Both the position numbers and the translations under genes were made by a program. A DNA stretch of 64,000 bases, taken from Eutreptiella sp. 'Long Island Sound 2002'. Taxonomy: Eukaryota; Protista; Euglenida. The first letter of the stretch is position 1, and each line of letters starts with the position of its first letter. Positions 50,679 through 63,046 of the stretch are shown one piece after another. A model generated the notes under the pieces. It was not told where the DNA came from and made no database searches. It saw only the letters and a program-made list of their open reading frames with translations. The stretch spans positions 125,798,001-125,862,000 of the forward strand of contig OZ038378.1 in assembly GCA_964036045.1 (NCBI GenBank). The letters run 5' to 3'.

Positions 50679-51794
50679 TGTGATGAGGTTTGTATGCGGA
50701 ATGCTGCACCGAACTTCTATTTTGTACGTATTGTTCTACCATTGGTGCCAATGTCAAAGTGTGTCCTCAAGTGTTTCCCTCGTTTGCCTTGCATTGTACA
50801 ATTGTACTCCACAAAGTCCTCCTCACTTCCATCCCACTTCTCCCCAACATGCTTGTGCGTTGTGCTGGGCATATTTGTCTCACAGTTGCTACAACCATTT
50901 TTTGTCTTGGACACATCAAGCGCCGTGCGCAGTTCAGTTTGCGGTTTGTCCTATCTACCGGGCGCTACATGTGCCCCTCTAAGCGGTGTCCCTCCGGTGA
51001 GTATTAGCGGCAAGGTCTGCTGCAAGAAATGAAAAAAAACAAAAAAAATCCAAAGGCCAATCCGAAACAGTAGCTGCCATGCGGAAAACGGTCTACTAAT
51101 TCCAGACACCACCGGCATGTGTGTGGACACCAAGAGATAATATTCAGGTAAAGCCTAGAAAGAGTCTAGTAACACCGTGTACTTATGCACCACGGCAAGG
51201 CGGTCTGTGGTTTCTAGGCACTGTTTACCAGAAATGGGGGCGGTGTGCAAATTGCACAAACATACTCAATGACAGTATGCGGTGCGTGTGAAGTGCCGAA
51301 ATTTGGGAAGGCTCCAATACCCCCAAAGTGCTACCATTGTTTACTTGTGCACCACAAGAAGGGGCTTTGTGGTCTTCATGTGCCTAACAGAAGTGGACAA
51401 TGGGCTCCGAGCTTTTTTTTACCCACTGCGGGGGAGGGGGGTGGGTGCAAAATGGGAAAGCAGGCACCCACCTTTGGCAGGCAGGCACACCACTTGTCAA
51501 ACGCCCACCCCAAGGGGCACCCAAGGGGCAGCCTCCAATCCACCAACCACAAAAACCAACGTGCACCTCTGACGGCTGGAGCTAATCGTTTTGCTGATCA
51601 CTTTGGCGGTTTCCGCAAAATGGCACCAAATTGTCGCAACACACTTTCCAGTGTTCCGGTGTGGCATTGGCATGGTCGGAAATGTGCATGCCACATTGAC
51701 GCAAAACTTTCATGTCGAGTTGTCACAGCGAGCCAAACGGCTGTAGGGCAAAATGGGACTGGAAGTGTAACATTGAGGTATTCTACTCCTTGGA
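50677..51794 (+). repeat. 1118-bp direct repeat, copy 1 (left flank of LINE-B)
   Basis: Same length as 58258-59375; I saw five substitutions and no indel. Confidence 0.95.
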
Positions 51795-51806
51795 CTCCAT
51801 TCGATT

Positions 51807-54800
51807 ATGGTGTACCTGAACCCAGGGGACACGGCGGCCCCATGGGTATGCTTACGTGCCAAGGGCACGGTACCATACTTGGGCCTGCGCCTCGATCCCA
51901 GGGGGATGGCGACCATGAAGGAGAAACATGTACTCCGGTGCGAAGCTCTGCTGGGCTGGTGCAAGAACACGTTAGGGCCGGCGTCGGTGCCTCATGAGGT
52001 GATGGCGGCTGTGGTTGGAGGCATCGTGCGGTACGCGGCGCCCTACCTGTCCGACACGGCGGAGGCGGTGGTCAAGCTGAATACTGCCATCAAGGCTGCG
52101 GCCCTGCAGTTCGAGAAGCTGCCCAAGGACCTGTCCAACGTGGCGGTGCGGTCAGGTCATGGGCTACGGCTGGCGGATGTCCAGGTTATATGCCGCGACT
52201 CCGTCGTGGCGACCATGGCTCAGCTCACCCACCACAGGTCGACGACAGTCCGGGATGAGCTGCGGGCCATGCTCCGAGACATGCACGTGCAGTACGGAGT
52301 GTGCGGGTAGTTCATGGTGCCCTCTGCGTCATTCGCCACACACGCTGGCAATACGTGGGTGGACAGGGTACTCAGGGCGATGGGGACGTTGCGCGTAGGA
52401 CTTCTCATGCCATCGTCGGTGTACTCGTGTGTACACGCCCATCTGCCGCAGGTGCAGTGGGCGGGGCGGAAGTGGGTGTCCCAATCCTATTCCTTCAAGG
52501 GTAGGGACATATGCATTCTCTCGGGGCCCCGCACAGATGCGACAGTACAGTCCCTGACTGATCCCGCAAATGACCTCCTGCATGCGCGGCTCCCCTGCCC
52601 TGCGCCTGAGCACTGGGCTGTCCAGCTTCAGGAGTGCCATGAGGACCACCTGCACCTTCCGCACGCGGGAGTAGGGCCCCACCAGCTGGACCATGTGTGG
52701 CTCACGGGGCTCCGCGACGTCTTCCGGCCGCAGCTGCCCGGTCCGTTGACTCACCGGCTAATACACCCGATGCGCCGAAAGAAGGCCAGCAAACGCAATA
52801 GACAGTCCGCTGCGGGGGACGTGTATGTGGTGGGCGGATACAGGGAGGAAGAATGGGACCCGGCCAACCCGGGGCTGTCCATGCCGTTCGTCCCGCTAGC
52901 CGCCCTCCTGTTTATATTGGGGGACGTCTTTGAGGGCTACCAACAGCAAGACGATCCGGCGTCCGTCCCCCTGCTCACTCCTCACGCCGGGGGCGGCATA
53001 AGCCCGCCACCACTGTGGGTTGTGCACGGGCGGCCAGCGTTTTCCAGGGCGTGCGCGGCGGTGCACAAGTGCAGCGAGTGGGCAATTGTTCTTCTGCTGC
53101 CAGCAGGCCCAATCCCGGATCCGGATGAGTACTCGGTCCCGGAAGTGGTCCGGATGTCCAACGTGCCGCATGATCCGCACGTCGCCGTCACGTCGTTGCG
53201 TGATGGCGGCGCAGTGGAGCAGGGGTCTGTGGTGGTATACCAGCCTTCCTGCTCCGCAACAGTTTGGGGAGCGGAGTATACCACCGCCCTGGACGCCATA
53301 AAGTCAGTCTGCGGATGTGACCTGGCCTGGAGACCACATGCGGTGTATCGACCGAGGGTGGTCCTGTCCCCGGAGCGCACGGCCTCCAGTGCGGCGCCCC
53401 TGGGAAAGGTGGTGCAGAGCCCCCACTCCGACGTGGCGTGGCTGAAGCCCCACCGGTACTGCTGGGTGCTGGTGGCGACTAAAGTCACATCGTCTGACGC
53501 GTCGCCCCAGGGAGACGACGCCACAAACGTGGCGGTGGCCAGCCACGGAATCCCCACGTGGACGGGTGCCATCTACGGCACGGTCCCGGAGGCAGAGATC
53601 ATTGGCGCGGCGGCGTACTTGTTGCACACGCCCCCGTCAGCGTGCACGGTGCACGTGGTGGATGCGTCCGTCATAGGAGCGCATCTCCGCAGGGCGCAGG
53701 AGGCCCTGTACCGTGGCATCAAGGGGCCGACATCACATCTGGTCAATCAGCACGCACTGAGCTGGATAGTGGAGGGGCTGCGGCGCCTGCCGCGCCGAGT
53801 TGGGGGGCCGCACCACTGGGTGGTGAGGCAGAGCTCGCACTTGGCGGCGGTCCCGCTCGAGGCACCGGACTCTGCCGCGGCCCGCGCAATGGCCCCGCCT
53901 GTCCATCTCGTCCTGCCAAAGGAGCACGCCATCCTCTTGGTGCCGGGGGATAATGGTGAGCTCGAGCCGCGTGTGCCATCCATGCAAGCCCTTCAGCAAG
54001 TCCGGGAGATGGAGTGGCGCTCGCTAGCGGCTCGCACCAGGGCGCACACGCCACTGGCTGGCGCCTGCGAGGCGATGCCCCTGGGAGCTGTGCACCACGG
54101 CCCAACGCACAGGAATATGCTGCGGGCACGTGACGGTCGCTTGTCCACCATGCAGGTCATGCGACGGTGGAGACAGAAGCTCACGCGTATGGCAATACCA
54201 GCCCACCCCTGTATCTTCTGTGGGGGGCCGGAGGAGGACATTGGCCACATGCGCCTACTGTGTGCACAGGATGAGGAGGTGGCTGGGCTCCTGTGCAGGC
54301 GTGTGGAGGAGTTCACGGCGGAGCTACCGCTGACAGACAGGGCGGTGGACTTCGTGGCGTGGAGGGAGCACGGCTGCAGGTGGACTGAATCCCTGATGGC
54401 GGGTGTCGTCCCCGGGGACCTGAAGCGGCTGTTCGCTGCGGTGCGAGCGGCGTCGTCTCGGGGCCCTGCCAAGGCCAGGCTCTTTGTGGAGGACATGGTC
54501 CAGATTGGGGAAGATGTGTATGCCAGCAGGAACCATCGGCTCACCCAGATCATGCAGCTGCCGATGCAAGATCGAAGGAGAGCGGTATACGCGTTCCTGC
54601 GCGGTGACACACCCTTCTGCCCGCCGGCAGGGAGGATCCTGCAGCGTCCGCCGTGGAACCCGTTTGCCGGCCTCCCCGGCGACCTGCGGGCAACCTTTCA
54701 GAGGGCACCGCTGCACGCACTGCTGGTGTCGCGGTCGTGCATCGAGCATGAAGAGGCCCTGTCCTTGTTCCCTCACTGGATGGCGGCGGTGGCGCAGGCC

Positions 54801-55997
54801 TTCGACCTGTGGATCGGTTCCTGGGTGGCGCGGGACATCACGACATTCAGGGAGTGGTCCCGCGTGGTGTTGGTGCAGTCGTGGGCCCAGGTGCGTGGTA
54901 CCAAGGTGAGAAGCCCTGACGGCCAGAGTGATCCCTGGCTTCAGGTGTACGCCAACCATCCAGCTGTGGGGAACGTCATGGGCTGGCCTCGCGAGGTGCT
55001 GCCGGTCCTTCAGCAACCTCTGTGCAGTCTCCCAATCCTGGCGGTGGCTGTCGTACTTGTCGTGGGTACGTTGTGGCTGTATGACCGGCAGCTGCGACGA
55101 GTCGTACCAGCGGTCACGGAGCAGCGGTCCATGGCGGTGTTAATGGGCTCCAAGCAGCTGGCACGGGTACAGGGCGACGACGCGCAGGGCCACGTCACGG
55201 AGGCCATGTTCTCTCTGCCAGAGGGGGACGACCACGTGGCTGCCGATGCCCGTCACACCCTTGACACCCTAGGCCTCGAGGCGGTCATTGAGGCTCGGGC
55301 GGGAGGACAACGCTTGGTTCTGGCATCCGCCAGGGGCCCGGAGCAGGACGGGGTTGATGTCATCGGGGAGGTCTTACAGGACTACGGTTGGGAGCTCCTG
55401 GCGCATGGCACACACAGTCCCAAAGTGGCGCGGTGGCCCCGGCTGCTTGAGAGCCTGCCGGTGATGCCCGACGGGCGACCGATACTCCGCCCGGTGTCCA
55501 CGTGGGAGGAAGCGAGGCGCAGCCTCCTCAGTAGTGCCACAGCACGCACGCTGGCGGGTGCCTTGCTCGGACTCCAGGACGCGTGCTGCGATGTATGGCA
55601 GGACCTGTGGTCGCAGTGCTGTGATGGTAGCTGCGTTCCGTCGCGGTCTGTGCTTCTGCAGCGATGCCACGGGTGCGGGGAAACGGTGTCAGTTTGGGTT
55701 CATCAGTGTGCCTCCATCCCGCTGTGCGGGACCTGCAAGGAGCGTGCCGATAGGGGATGGCCTAAGGCGAGGTGGGCACTGCGGCACTCTGGGCAGATGT
55801 CCTCTAGCGCCTGGAAGACTATCCAGGGTGGCCTGAAGAGCGTCCGAGTGGAAGGGGTACGGTGCCCTGGAGCGCCGTCTGCGGCCCTGCCCCTGATGCT
55901 GTGGTGCGCGGCTCTGGAGGGCGACTCACGGATACTCTGGTTGTGGCATCGCGGAGGAATTGGTGACGGCGTGGTGGGGGCCGGGGGTGCAGGTTGA
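51807..55997 (+). pseudogene. RT thumb - RNase H-like - CCHC zinc finger - long C-terminal extension (single in-frame TAG at 52308)
   Basis: VPYLGLRLD (RT thumb YLG); EAEIIGA, VHVVDAS, WVVRQSSH (RNase H-like); CIFCGGPEEDIGHMRLLC (CCHC). ORFs 51807-52310 and 52314-55997 are in frame. Confidence 0.8.
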
Positions 55998-56609
55998 TGG
56001 GGTTGGGAATTGTGGGTGCACCAGCTACCGTCCCTACGCTGGACGCAGCGGAGGGGGTAGCGCCTGAGAAGCAGTGCCTTCACGGCCTGATTGTGCGGTA
56101 CTGGCAGGCGGCGTATGACGGCAAACGCGATGTGACAGGTCGTGCCGGCTTGATGGTGAGCCGTACTGCCCCCGTGCATGAGGGTCGCACAGGGATGCTT
56201 CACCCGCCTGCCCCGGGTCGCCGCATACAACAGTGAGGTGTCATGGGTCGTCCCGACCAGGGTAATAAGGCCCAAACCCCTGTAGGGTATTCCCATGACA
56301 CCGGGGTCTCTACTGGCGGCCCAGCTACGGCAGTATTGGGAGTGGTTGCTCGGGATACACCGGGGGTGCACGGAGTTGTCTGGGGGTTACGGCGTCGCGG
56401 CGCCCCCTGGGAGTGTTACAAGGGGTTACGGGGACGGCCTGCAGGCCCCGGGAGCGGCGACGAGGCGAAGATGTGTGCGTAAAAGGGTATGGCAGTGGGG
56501 TCGTCAGGGGGACAGTATGGCGGGCGTCGTGGAGACGGCGTGGCAGCCTGGGAGGAGCGCTCACGGGGGGCACGTGGAGTTCCAGGTGACGGAGTACTAG
56601 GGTCTTGGG

Positions 56610-56825
56610 GGTAAACACGGCGGTACTGGGATCCGTACGGTGGGAGTACGCGGCGGTACTGGGGAACCGTACAGTGGGGGAGCCGCGGGGAAGTTCCAGA
56701 TGACGGTGTACTGGCATCGTGGGGGTATACGCGGCGGTACTGGGGACCGTATGCTGGGGGTACGCGGCGGTACTGGAGGGCCGTACAGTGAAGGCGCTAC
56801 GGGGTTGCATGGCGGTACTGGGGTG
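56610..56825 (+). repeat. Short tandem repeat (about 31-34 bp, core GGCGGTACTGGGG) in the LINE-B 3' region
   Basis: About six copies of the core visible. Confidence 0.75.
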
Positions 56826-58223
56826 TCCCCTTGACCCCTCTAACAACTCAGGGGGAGCGCGGGGGCATCCCCTGGCCCCGTTAACAAACTAGAGGGACCG
56901 TGCCTGCGGGCATGTACATAGTCTAACCTCTGACCATGGCCTTGTGGTTGCGGTGGTGCGTGTCGTGGCGGCTCGCAGGTGGCGTCGGCGTGGCAACAGC
57001 GGTACTGCGTGGCGTCGTAGCGAAGAGTATGCGGTCGCCACACCACTGAAACGGCTTACCCCTGGGGGGCGCCAGTCCGGTCGGCTAGAGGCGAGGGGGG
57101 AAGAGGAGCGGCATGCTGAGTGGTCCGGGGGGTGGCGCGCGGGCCAATGCTATAAGTAGGCTCGCCACGTCGTCGGTGGGGGCCGAACCTGCGGCCTGGC
57201 CGCTGCTGTGGCGGAAGAGGCGCAACCACGGGAGCTGGCCAATCAGTGCAGGTAAGGGTCAAGGGTAGGCGCCAGGGCAAAGTATGTGGGCCAGATGAGG
57301 TGCACCTGGTTACCACAGCCCGGAGCGAGCCTCTGGTGGGTACCCCTACAGGGGGTCGATAACCAAGCTACGGCACCCACCAGCCCGAATCCCAGCCAGC
57401 GATATTCACGGGTTGCGCCACTCCCGTCACGTAGCGGCCGGCGTCCCCCCCTGAAGACCCTCAAGTTATATTATACGTGGGCAAGTGGATGCCTCGAAGC
57501 CGATTGGGTGCTGGCCCCTGACATGGAGTGCCGGCATGGTATATATCAGGGGTGTGGGAGCAGCTCAGGGTCACGGGGACGTGGAATTGGTATCATGTCT
57601 CTGTACTATACTAAGGGGATGGTGCGGTGGGTCGGTGGCGTACATTGTGGAGACATGGGGGCGATGAAAGCTGAGGGCCAAGCTAGGCTGGAGCCTCCCA
57701 GAAATCCTGGCAATGCACAAACGGGCTATTGCGTGCTGGCAGTGGGGTACGTGGAGTCAGGGGTGGTGGGCAATTTCGAGAACGCAGACGGCAATGGATT
57801 CCAGGGGGTCATGGGTGATGGATGTCTCCACGGTGGCGGGGGTACGCGAACGACGGAGGGTCAGCTCTCGCTTTACCGCATGCGTGCTGCTTTGTTCCTT
57901 GGTTGCCGCTTTGCGACGGACAGAGAAGCCCTTGCTTTCTACTTGTTGCGATGCTGCTGTGTTGCTTTGCCTTGCCCCCATACCCCCGGCGAACAAACGG
58001 GCCAGCGCCCGTCGCCGTTGCTAATGCTAACGCCATGCAGTTGCCACTGCCCCCAAAGCCTGGTTGACCGGTATCCCCGGTCCTCTGGGTCCTCCGTCAT
58101 GCTGTGGGCCACCTCAGGCAGCCCTGGGACCCACGGGATCGAGCGAGGCAGGAACCACCTGTCGGCGCGAGATGCCCGGTAACTCCAGTAGACGGCATGA
58201 TAAGTGGTTATGACTATGACTAT

Positions 58224-58257
<34 letters not shown>

Positions 58258-58259
<2 letters not shown>

Positions 58260-59375
58260 TGTGATGAGGTTTGTATGCAGAATGATGCACCGAACTTCTA
58301 TTTTGTACGTATTGTTCTACCATTGGTGCCAATGTCAAAGTGTGTCCTCAAGTGTTTCCCTCGTTTGCCTTGCATTGTACAATTGTACTCCACAAAGTCC
58401 TCCTCACTTCCATCCCACTTCTCCCCAACATGCTTGTGCGTTGTGCTGGGCATATTTGTCTCACAGTTGCTACAACCATTTTTTGTCTTGGACACATCAA
58501 GCGCCGTGCGCAGTTCAGTTTGCGGTTTGTCCTATCTACCGGGCGCTACATGTGCCCCTCTAAACGGTGTCCCTCCGGTGAGTATTAGCGGCAAGGTCTG
58601 CTGCAAGAAATGAAAAAAAACAAAAATAATCCAAAGGCCAATCCGAAACAGTAGCTGCCATGCGGAAAACGGTCTACTAATTCCAGACACCACCGGCATG
58701 TGTGTGGACACCAAGAGATAATATTCAGGTAAAGCCTAGAAAGAGTCTAGTAACACCGTGTACTTATGCACCACGGCAAGGCGGTCTGTGGTTTCTAGGC
58801 ACTGTTTACCAGAAATGGGGGCGGTGTGCAAATTGCACAAACATACTCAATGACAGTATGCGGTGCGTGTGAAGTGCCGAAATTTGGGAAGGCTCCAATA
58901 CCCCCAAAGTGCTACCATTGTTTACTTGTGCACCACAAGAAGGGGCTTTGTGGTCTTCATGTGCCTAACAGAAGTGGACAATGGGCTCCGAGCTTTTTTT
59001 TACCCACTGCGGGGGAGGGGGGTGGGTGCAAAATGGGAAAGCAGGCACCCACCTTTGGCAGGCAGGCACACCACTTGTCAAATGCCCACCCCAAGGGGCA
59101 CCCAAGGGGCAGCCTCCAATCCACCAACCACAAAAACCAACGTGCACCTCTGACGGCTGGAGCTAATCGTTTTGCTGATCACTTTGGCGGTTTCCGCAAA
59201 ATGGCACCAAATTGTCGCAACACACTTTCCAGTGTTCCGGTGTGGCATTGGCATGGTCGGAAATGTGCATGCCACATTGACGCAAAACTTTCATGTCGAG
59301 TTGTCACAGCGAGCCAAACGGCTGTAGGGCAAAATGGGACTGGAAGTGTAACATTGAGGTATTCTACTCCTTGGA
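58258..59375 (+). repeat. 1118-bp direct repeat, copy 2 (right flank of LINE-B)
   Basis: Matches 50677-51794; both copies are preceded by (TA)n and end at TTCTACTCCTTGGA. Confidence 0.95.
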
Positions 59376-60627
59376 ATTAAACGCAACCCTCCCACTATGG
59401 ACCCGATCCCCCCCCCCTGGGGGGGGGTCTCAAAAAAGGCGCTGACAGTTTTGAAAAAGGCAAGCAACCCCCCTTTTGGGGGATGGTGTGTGAGGAACTT
59501 CAAAAAAGGCTTAGCTTGGCTACTAATTGTCGACATCGTTAGCATGTGGTAAGCAACAAGTGCAAAAATGTGGAAAGGGGGCCTTCGACCCGCCTTCGGG
59601 TGGACTAAGACGGCCTACTTGTGCACATGTGCATGTCTCTCGAGCGAGCGAAGAGAGTGGGAAGGGTGTGTAGATGCAGGCCTTGAGCGAGCGAAGCCGG
59701 CGAGGAAGGCACGAGGGGTGGGGCTCAAGTGAGCGGAGCAAGCGACGACATAGCCAAGGGCGGAGGAGGGCGGTTACGCATGCACACAAGGAGGCAATCT
59801 TCAGTCCGTAGACACTGCCAGCCACAAATAGACACTTATAGACACTGTCATCATTTGGTAGACGCGAAGTGCCAATAGTTGGGAAGGGGCCCCTTGCCCC
59901 AAAAAGAGCTTGTTACCGGAATTGCTTACCCGTAATCTCTCGGGCGAGCGAGGTGAGCGAGGAAGGTGCATGGATCCAAGTCTCTGGTGAGAGAAGCGAG
60001 GGAGGAAAGTGCGCGGGCCAATCTCGAGTCAACACGACAAGCGACAAGGTGGACACGCAGAGGGGAGGTGTGGGGACGGGGTGAGGGGGGGGGATACGGG
60101 GATGTGGGAGGGGGAGGGGAGGGACGGACGGATGGATCGATCGATGAGAAGCATTTTGCGCATCACATCCCGAGGACACAAGCTTATAGCTCAGGTGGCT
60201 TCTAGCCCCTGAGCAAGCAAAGAGGTGTGTGGTGGGCAGTGACGGTACTCTGGACCCCGGAGCACCTATGTGGGCAGTGACAGCACACTTAGCACACTCA
60301 GACAGTGGGAGCGACTTCATCTGTCCCTGGAACACATGTGGTTTGCCATGCCTTTTCTGCCGCTGTATGGTGCCTATGTCGCGTCCTGTATGTATTTGCC
60401 GGCCATTGTAGTCTGATATGTGCCTTGTGGTTACTTGCCGGCATTGCACTCATGTCATGGTGTAACATTGTTTTGTGTTTGTTGGAGTCCCATACACCGA
60501 TCGTTTGGTGATAGTTTGGTGATGAGGGGAGGGGTGTGGGGGGGGGGGGGGGCTTCGTGTCAACTTTCTAAAACTTATGAACTTTTCTTTTTCAAACTTT
60601 GCACATCACATTTTGCTGACCATAAAA

Positions 60628-60793
60628 GGGGGGTGGGTTGGCAGATCTGAGGACGTTTCTAGAAATTTCTAGAAATGTGCTCATTTCTGTGAACACATTG
60701 TCCAAACGCTTGGTGTCGGATCTGAGCACATTTCTAGAAATTTCTGGAAATATGCTCCTTTGTAGAGGTGTTCAGATCTGCGACCCCCCCCCC
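60628..60793. mobile_element. Small fold-back MITE
   Basis: GGG...GCAGATCTGA and TCAGATCTGC...CCC inverted ends; two internal copies of GATCTGAG.AC.TTTCTAGAAATTTCT.GAAAT.TGCTC. Confidence 0.6.
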
Positions 60794-61409
60794 TTCTCTC
60801 TCTTCTTTCCCCCAGCCCCACCCATCCGTCCTTAGTCCCTCACGAGCTGTTCCTCTTACCCACTCGAGTTGCACAACCCCAATGCCACCACATCCCCCTG
60901 TTGCCATGGAATGGATGCCCTGTACTCACACATGTCGTGCAACGCATCATATCCTGCAGCTTTCATAGGGCTGTTGTATAGCACTGCTGCAGCGCAGCTT
61001 TTTTGAACCCCTAGACAGGGACGAGAGTGAAAAGTGCAAGGCACATGAACAGATGACGGCGAAGGAAGTCCAGATCTCATGGTATGCGCATGGTGTTATG
61101 CCCTTTCCCGTCGCTCCATGGCGTCTTGGTCGCAGAACACGCTCTCAGAACAGAGCGCGCTCTCCACATGCGGTCTGCCAGTGCAACGAAGGGCCGTGTC
61201 CAGGCCTTTACACAGTGCAGCGGAACGTGTGCTCTCTCTGGGAGACGAAGGCCCACCGATAGGCACCACCATTGCCCCTCCCACATACCTTGTGCCCCTC
61301 CGCCTCTGCCCTGGGACCACACCCTGGGTGCAGGCACTCGTCCTGTAGGCAGGCTGGGCCACAAGCCCCTGGGGCGCAAGGGGGCTGGGCGTCAGCGAGG
61401 AGAGTGCGG

Positions 61410-61510
61410 CGCTTGGAGACACTGATACCTGAGTACTGCACCAGGAAGGCCATGCACTGCCCCCCAGCCCCGAGTTTCTTCAGCTTCTTCACTTTGTTGG
61501 GATCCACATT
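61410..61510 (-). pseudogene. Possible protein kinase subdomain I fragment
   Basis: VKKLKKLGAGGQCMAFLVQYSGISVSK resembles the GxGxxG loop and beta3; no downstream HRD/DFG motif was found. Confidence 0.3.
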
Positions 61511-62749
61511 AATGAACGTGGGCTGAAGCTGTTGCTTGACTGCAAACCTATGAAGCCATGGTGAGAACACCAGAGGAGCTTGCGCACTGGGATGAGGTGG
61601 CATGTGCCAAGCCCCGCAGAGGCCATCCGGGCGGGCAGGTGTGTGTGGGGGGGGGGGGGGGGGGAGGGGGGGCTGATCTTGCAGGATTTGTCGGCCTCCA
61701 CTGGGCAACTAAATTTTAAAAAAAAAATGAGGGGGCGTTGCGCCCACAGACCGGGCCCAGCCGATCCCCTGAGCTTCAAGCCGCTAGCAGCGGTTGGAGA
61801 GGGTGGGGGCGAGGGCACGCTCAACCCGCCTGCCCCCCGAGTGCCGCAAATGCACCTTTAGACGCTCATACCATTCACACAGTGAACGCCCATGTGGAAC
61901 GCAAAACGTCCCCACGCCGTTTTCTCAAACGCACACTGTTCCTGCATTTTGGTTCAAGACTGCCAAAGTGTGCACAGTGCCGTTCCCCTGTCATCCGTCA
62001 AGTCCACTCGAACATGCTCCGCAGGGCAATACAGCGTTGACAGACTTTCAGTTGGGGGGGAGAGGAGATAGAGCTCCGTCGCCAGGCGCTCCAGCCCCTC
62101 AAAAGACCGGTTCCACAACCCCGACTGAATTCCCCGGAACCCCAGCGTGCGAAAAAAAGGGTAAATGATATAGCTGGAGTCAGCAGGACCAAGACAAACC
62201 CCTCGGTTGTGTGGGAATGACTGAAAACTGTGGTACTTTTCCTCTCTCCAAAAAGTGTTTCTGGTGCCAGTGCATCGTGGCTGAAACATTGCCCATTCAA
62301 CCACTGGTGCCCCGCTCCCGTGTCTAGTGACGATGTTGCGGGCATATTGATTGTCGCAAAAGCGACAGCACAGGCACATGAGTAGCTGCAAGAAAATGAT
62401 CGGCTTGTCGGTGGGGGAATGATGTGTCCGCACTCCGGTCCGCAAACCATGTGTTTTTGTTTGCAGTGTGCATCCTCGCTTCCCCTGGGGTGCTGGGGAG
62501 ACCATATGGTATGGGGATCCGTTGGTCGCAGCTTGCTGCAACACGCTATGTGACCCAGGGGCCTCACTCTGGAAGAATTGGATTCTCTCTGCAATTCAGT
62601 GAATAGAGCACAAAAAATTTGGTGGTGTCCCACAAACGCTGGGTGAGTACAACGTCACACAACCCGGTGTCTGTACCATGTCTCTTGTGTGGCTTGCTCG
62701 GTGATGGAGGTCTTTTCTGGGAGGGCGATGAAAGGCACGCATGCATGTA

Positions 62750-63046
62750 CCGGGGGGGGGGGGTGCAACGGGATTTATTGGTATGACAAAATTTTCAACA
62801 CGGGTTTATTTTGCATGCAGTCCCCTTTCTGCTATGGGAAATTTCGCATCCACATGCTGTGAACCTGGCTTTGGCAAGGCTAGACTTGGAAAATGTAACT
62901 GTAGGACAAGCAATTTCGCCAAATTTCGACATACGTTTATTTGGCACAGCGGCCTGAAAATTGTGTGGGAAATTTCGCATGAAACTGAAATGTGAAATAT
63001 CCCACAGCGAAGACTTCCCCGTCGCGAAATCACCCCCCCCCCCTGG
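62750..63046. mobile_element. MITE with poly-G/poly-C TIRs and TA TSD (Tc1/mariner-like)
   Basis: TA|CCGGGGGGGGGGGGTG...CACCCCCCCCCCCTGG|TA; internal GAAATTTCGC motifs. Confidence 0.7.

Larger units (their letters stand above)
51795..58226 (+). mobile_element. 5'-truncated non-LTR retrotransposon (LINE-B) with (TATGAC)3 tail
   Basis: Begins inside the RT thumb region; long ORF; about 2.2-kb 3' region; tail (TATGAC)3 at 58209-58226 runs into (TA)n. Confidence 0.85.

Noticed and set aside
49266-50982. ORFs with YIYIYI runs
   Set aside because: Translation of (TA)n microsatellites.
50677-59375. LTR retrotransposon (1118-bp repeats as LTRs)
   Set aside because: No TG...CA ends, PBS, integrase or protease; the internal part is 5'-truncated within RT and has a simple-repeat 3' tail, as for non-LTR elements.
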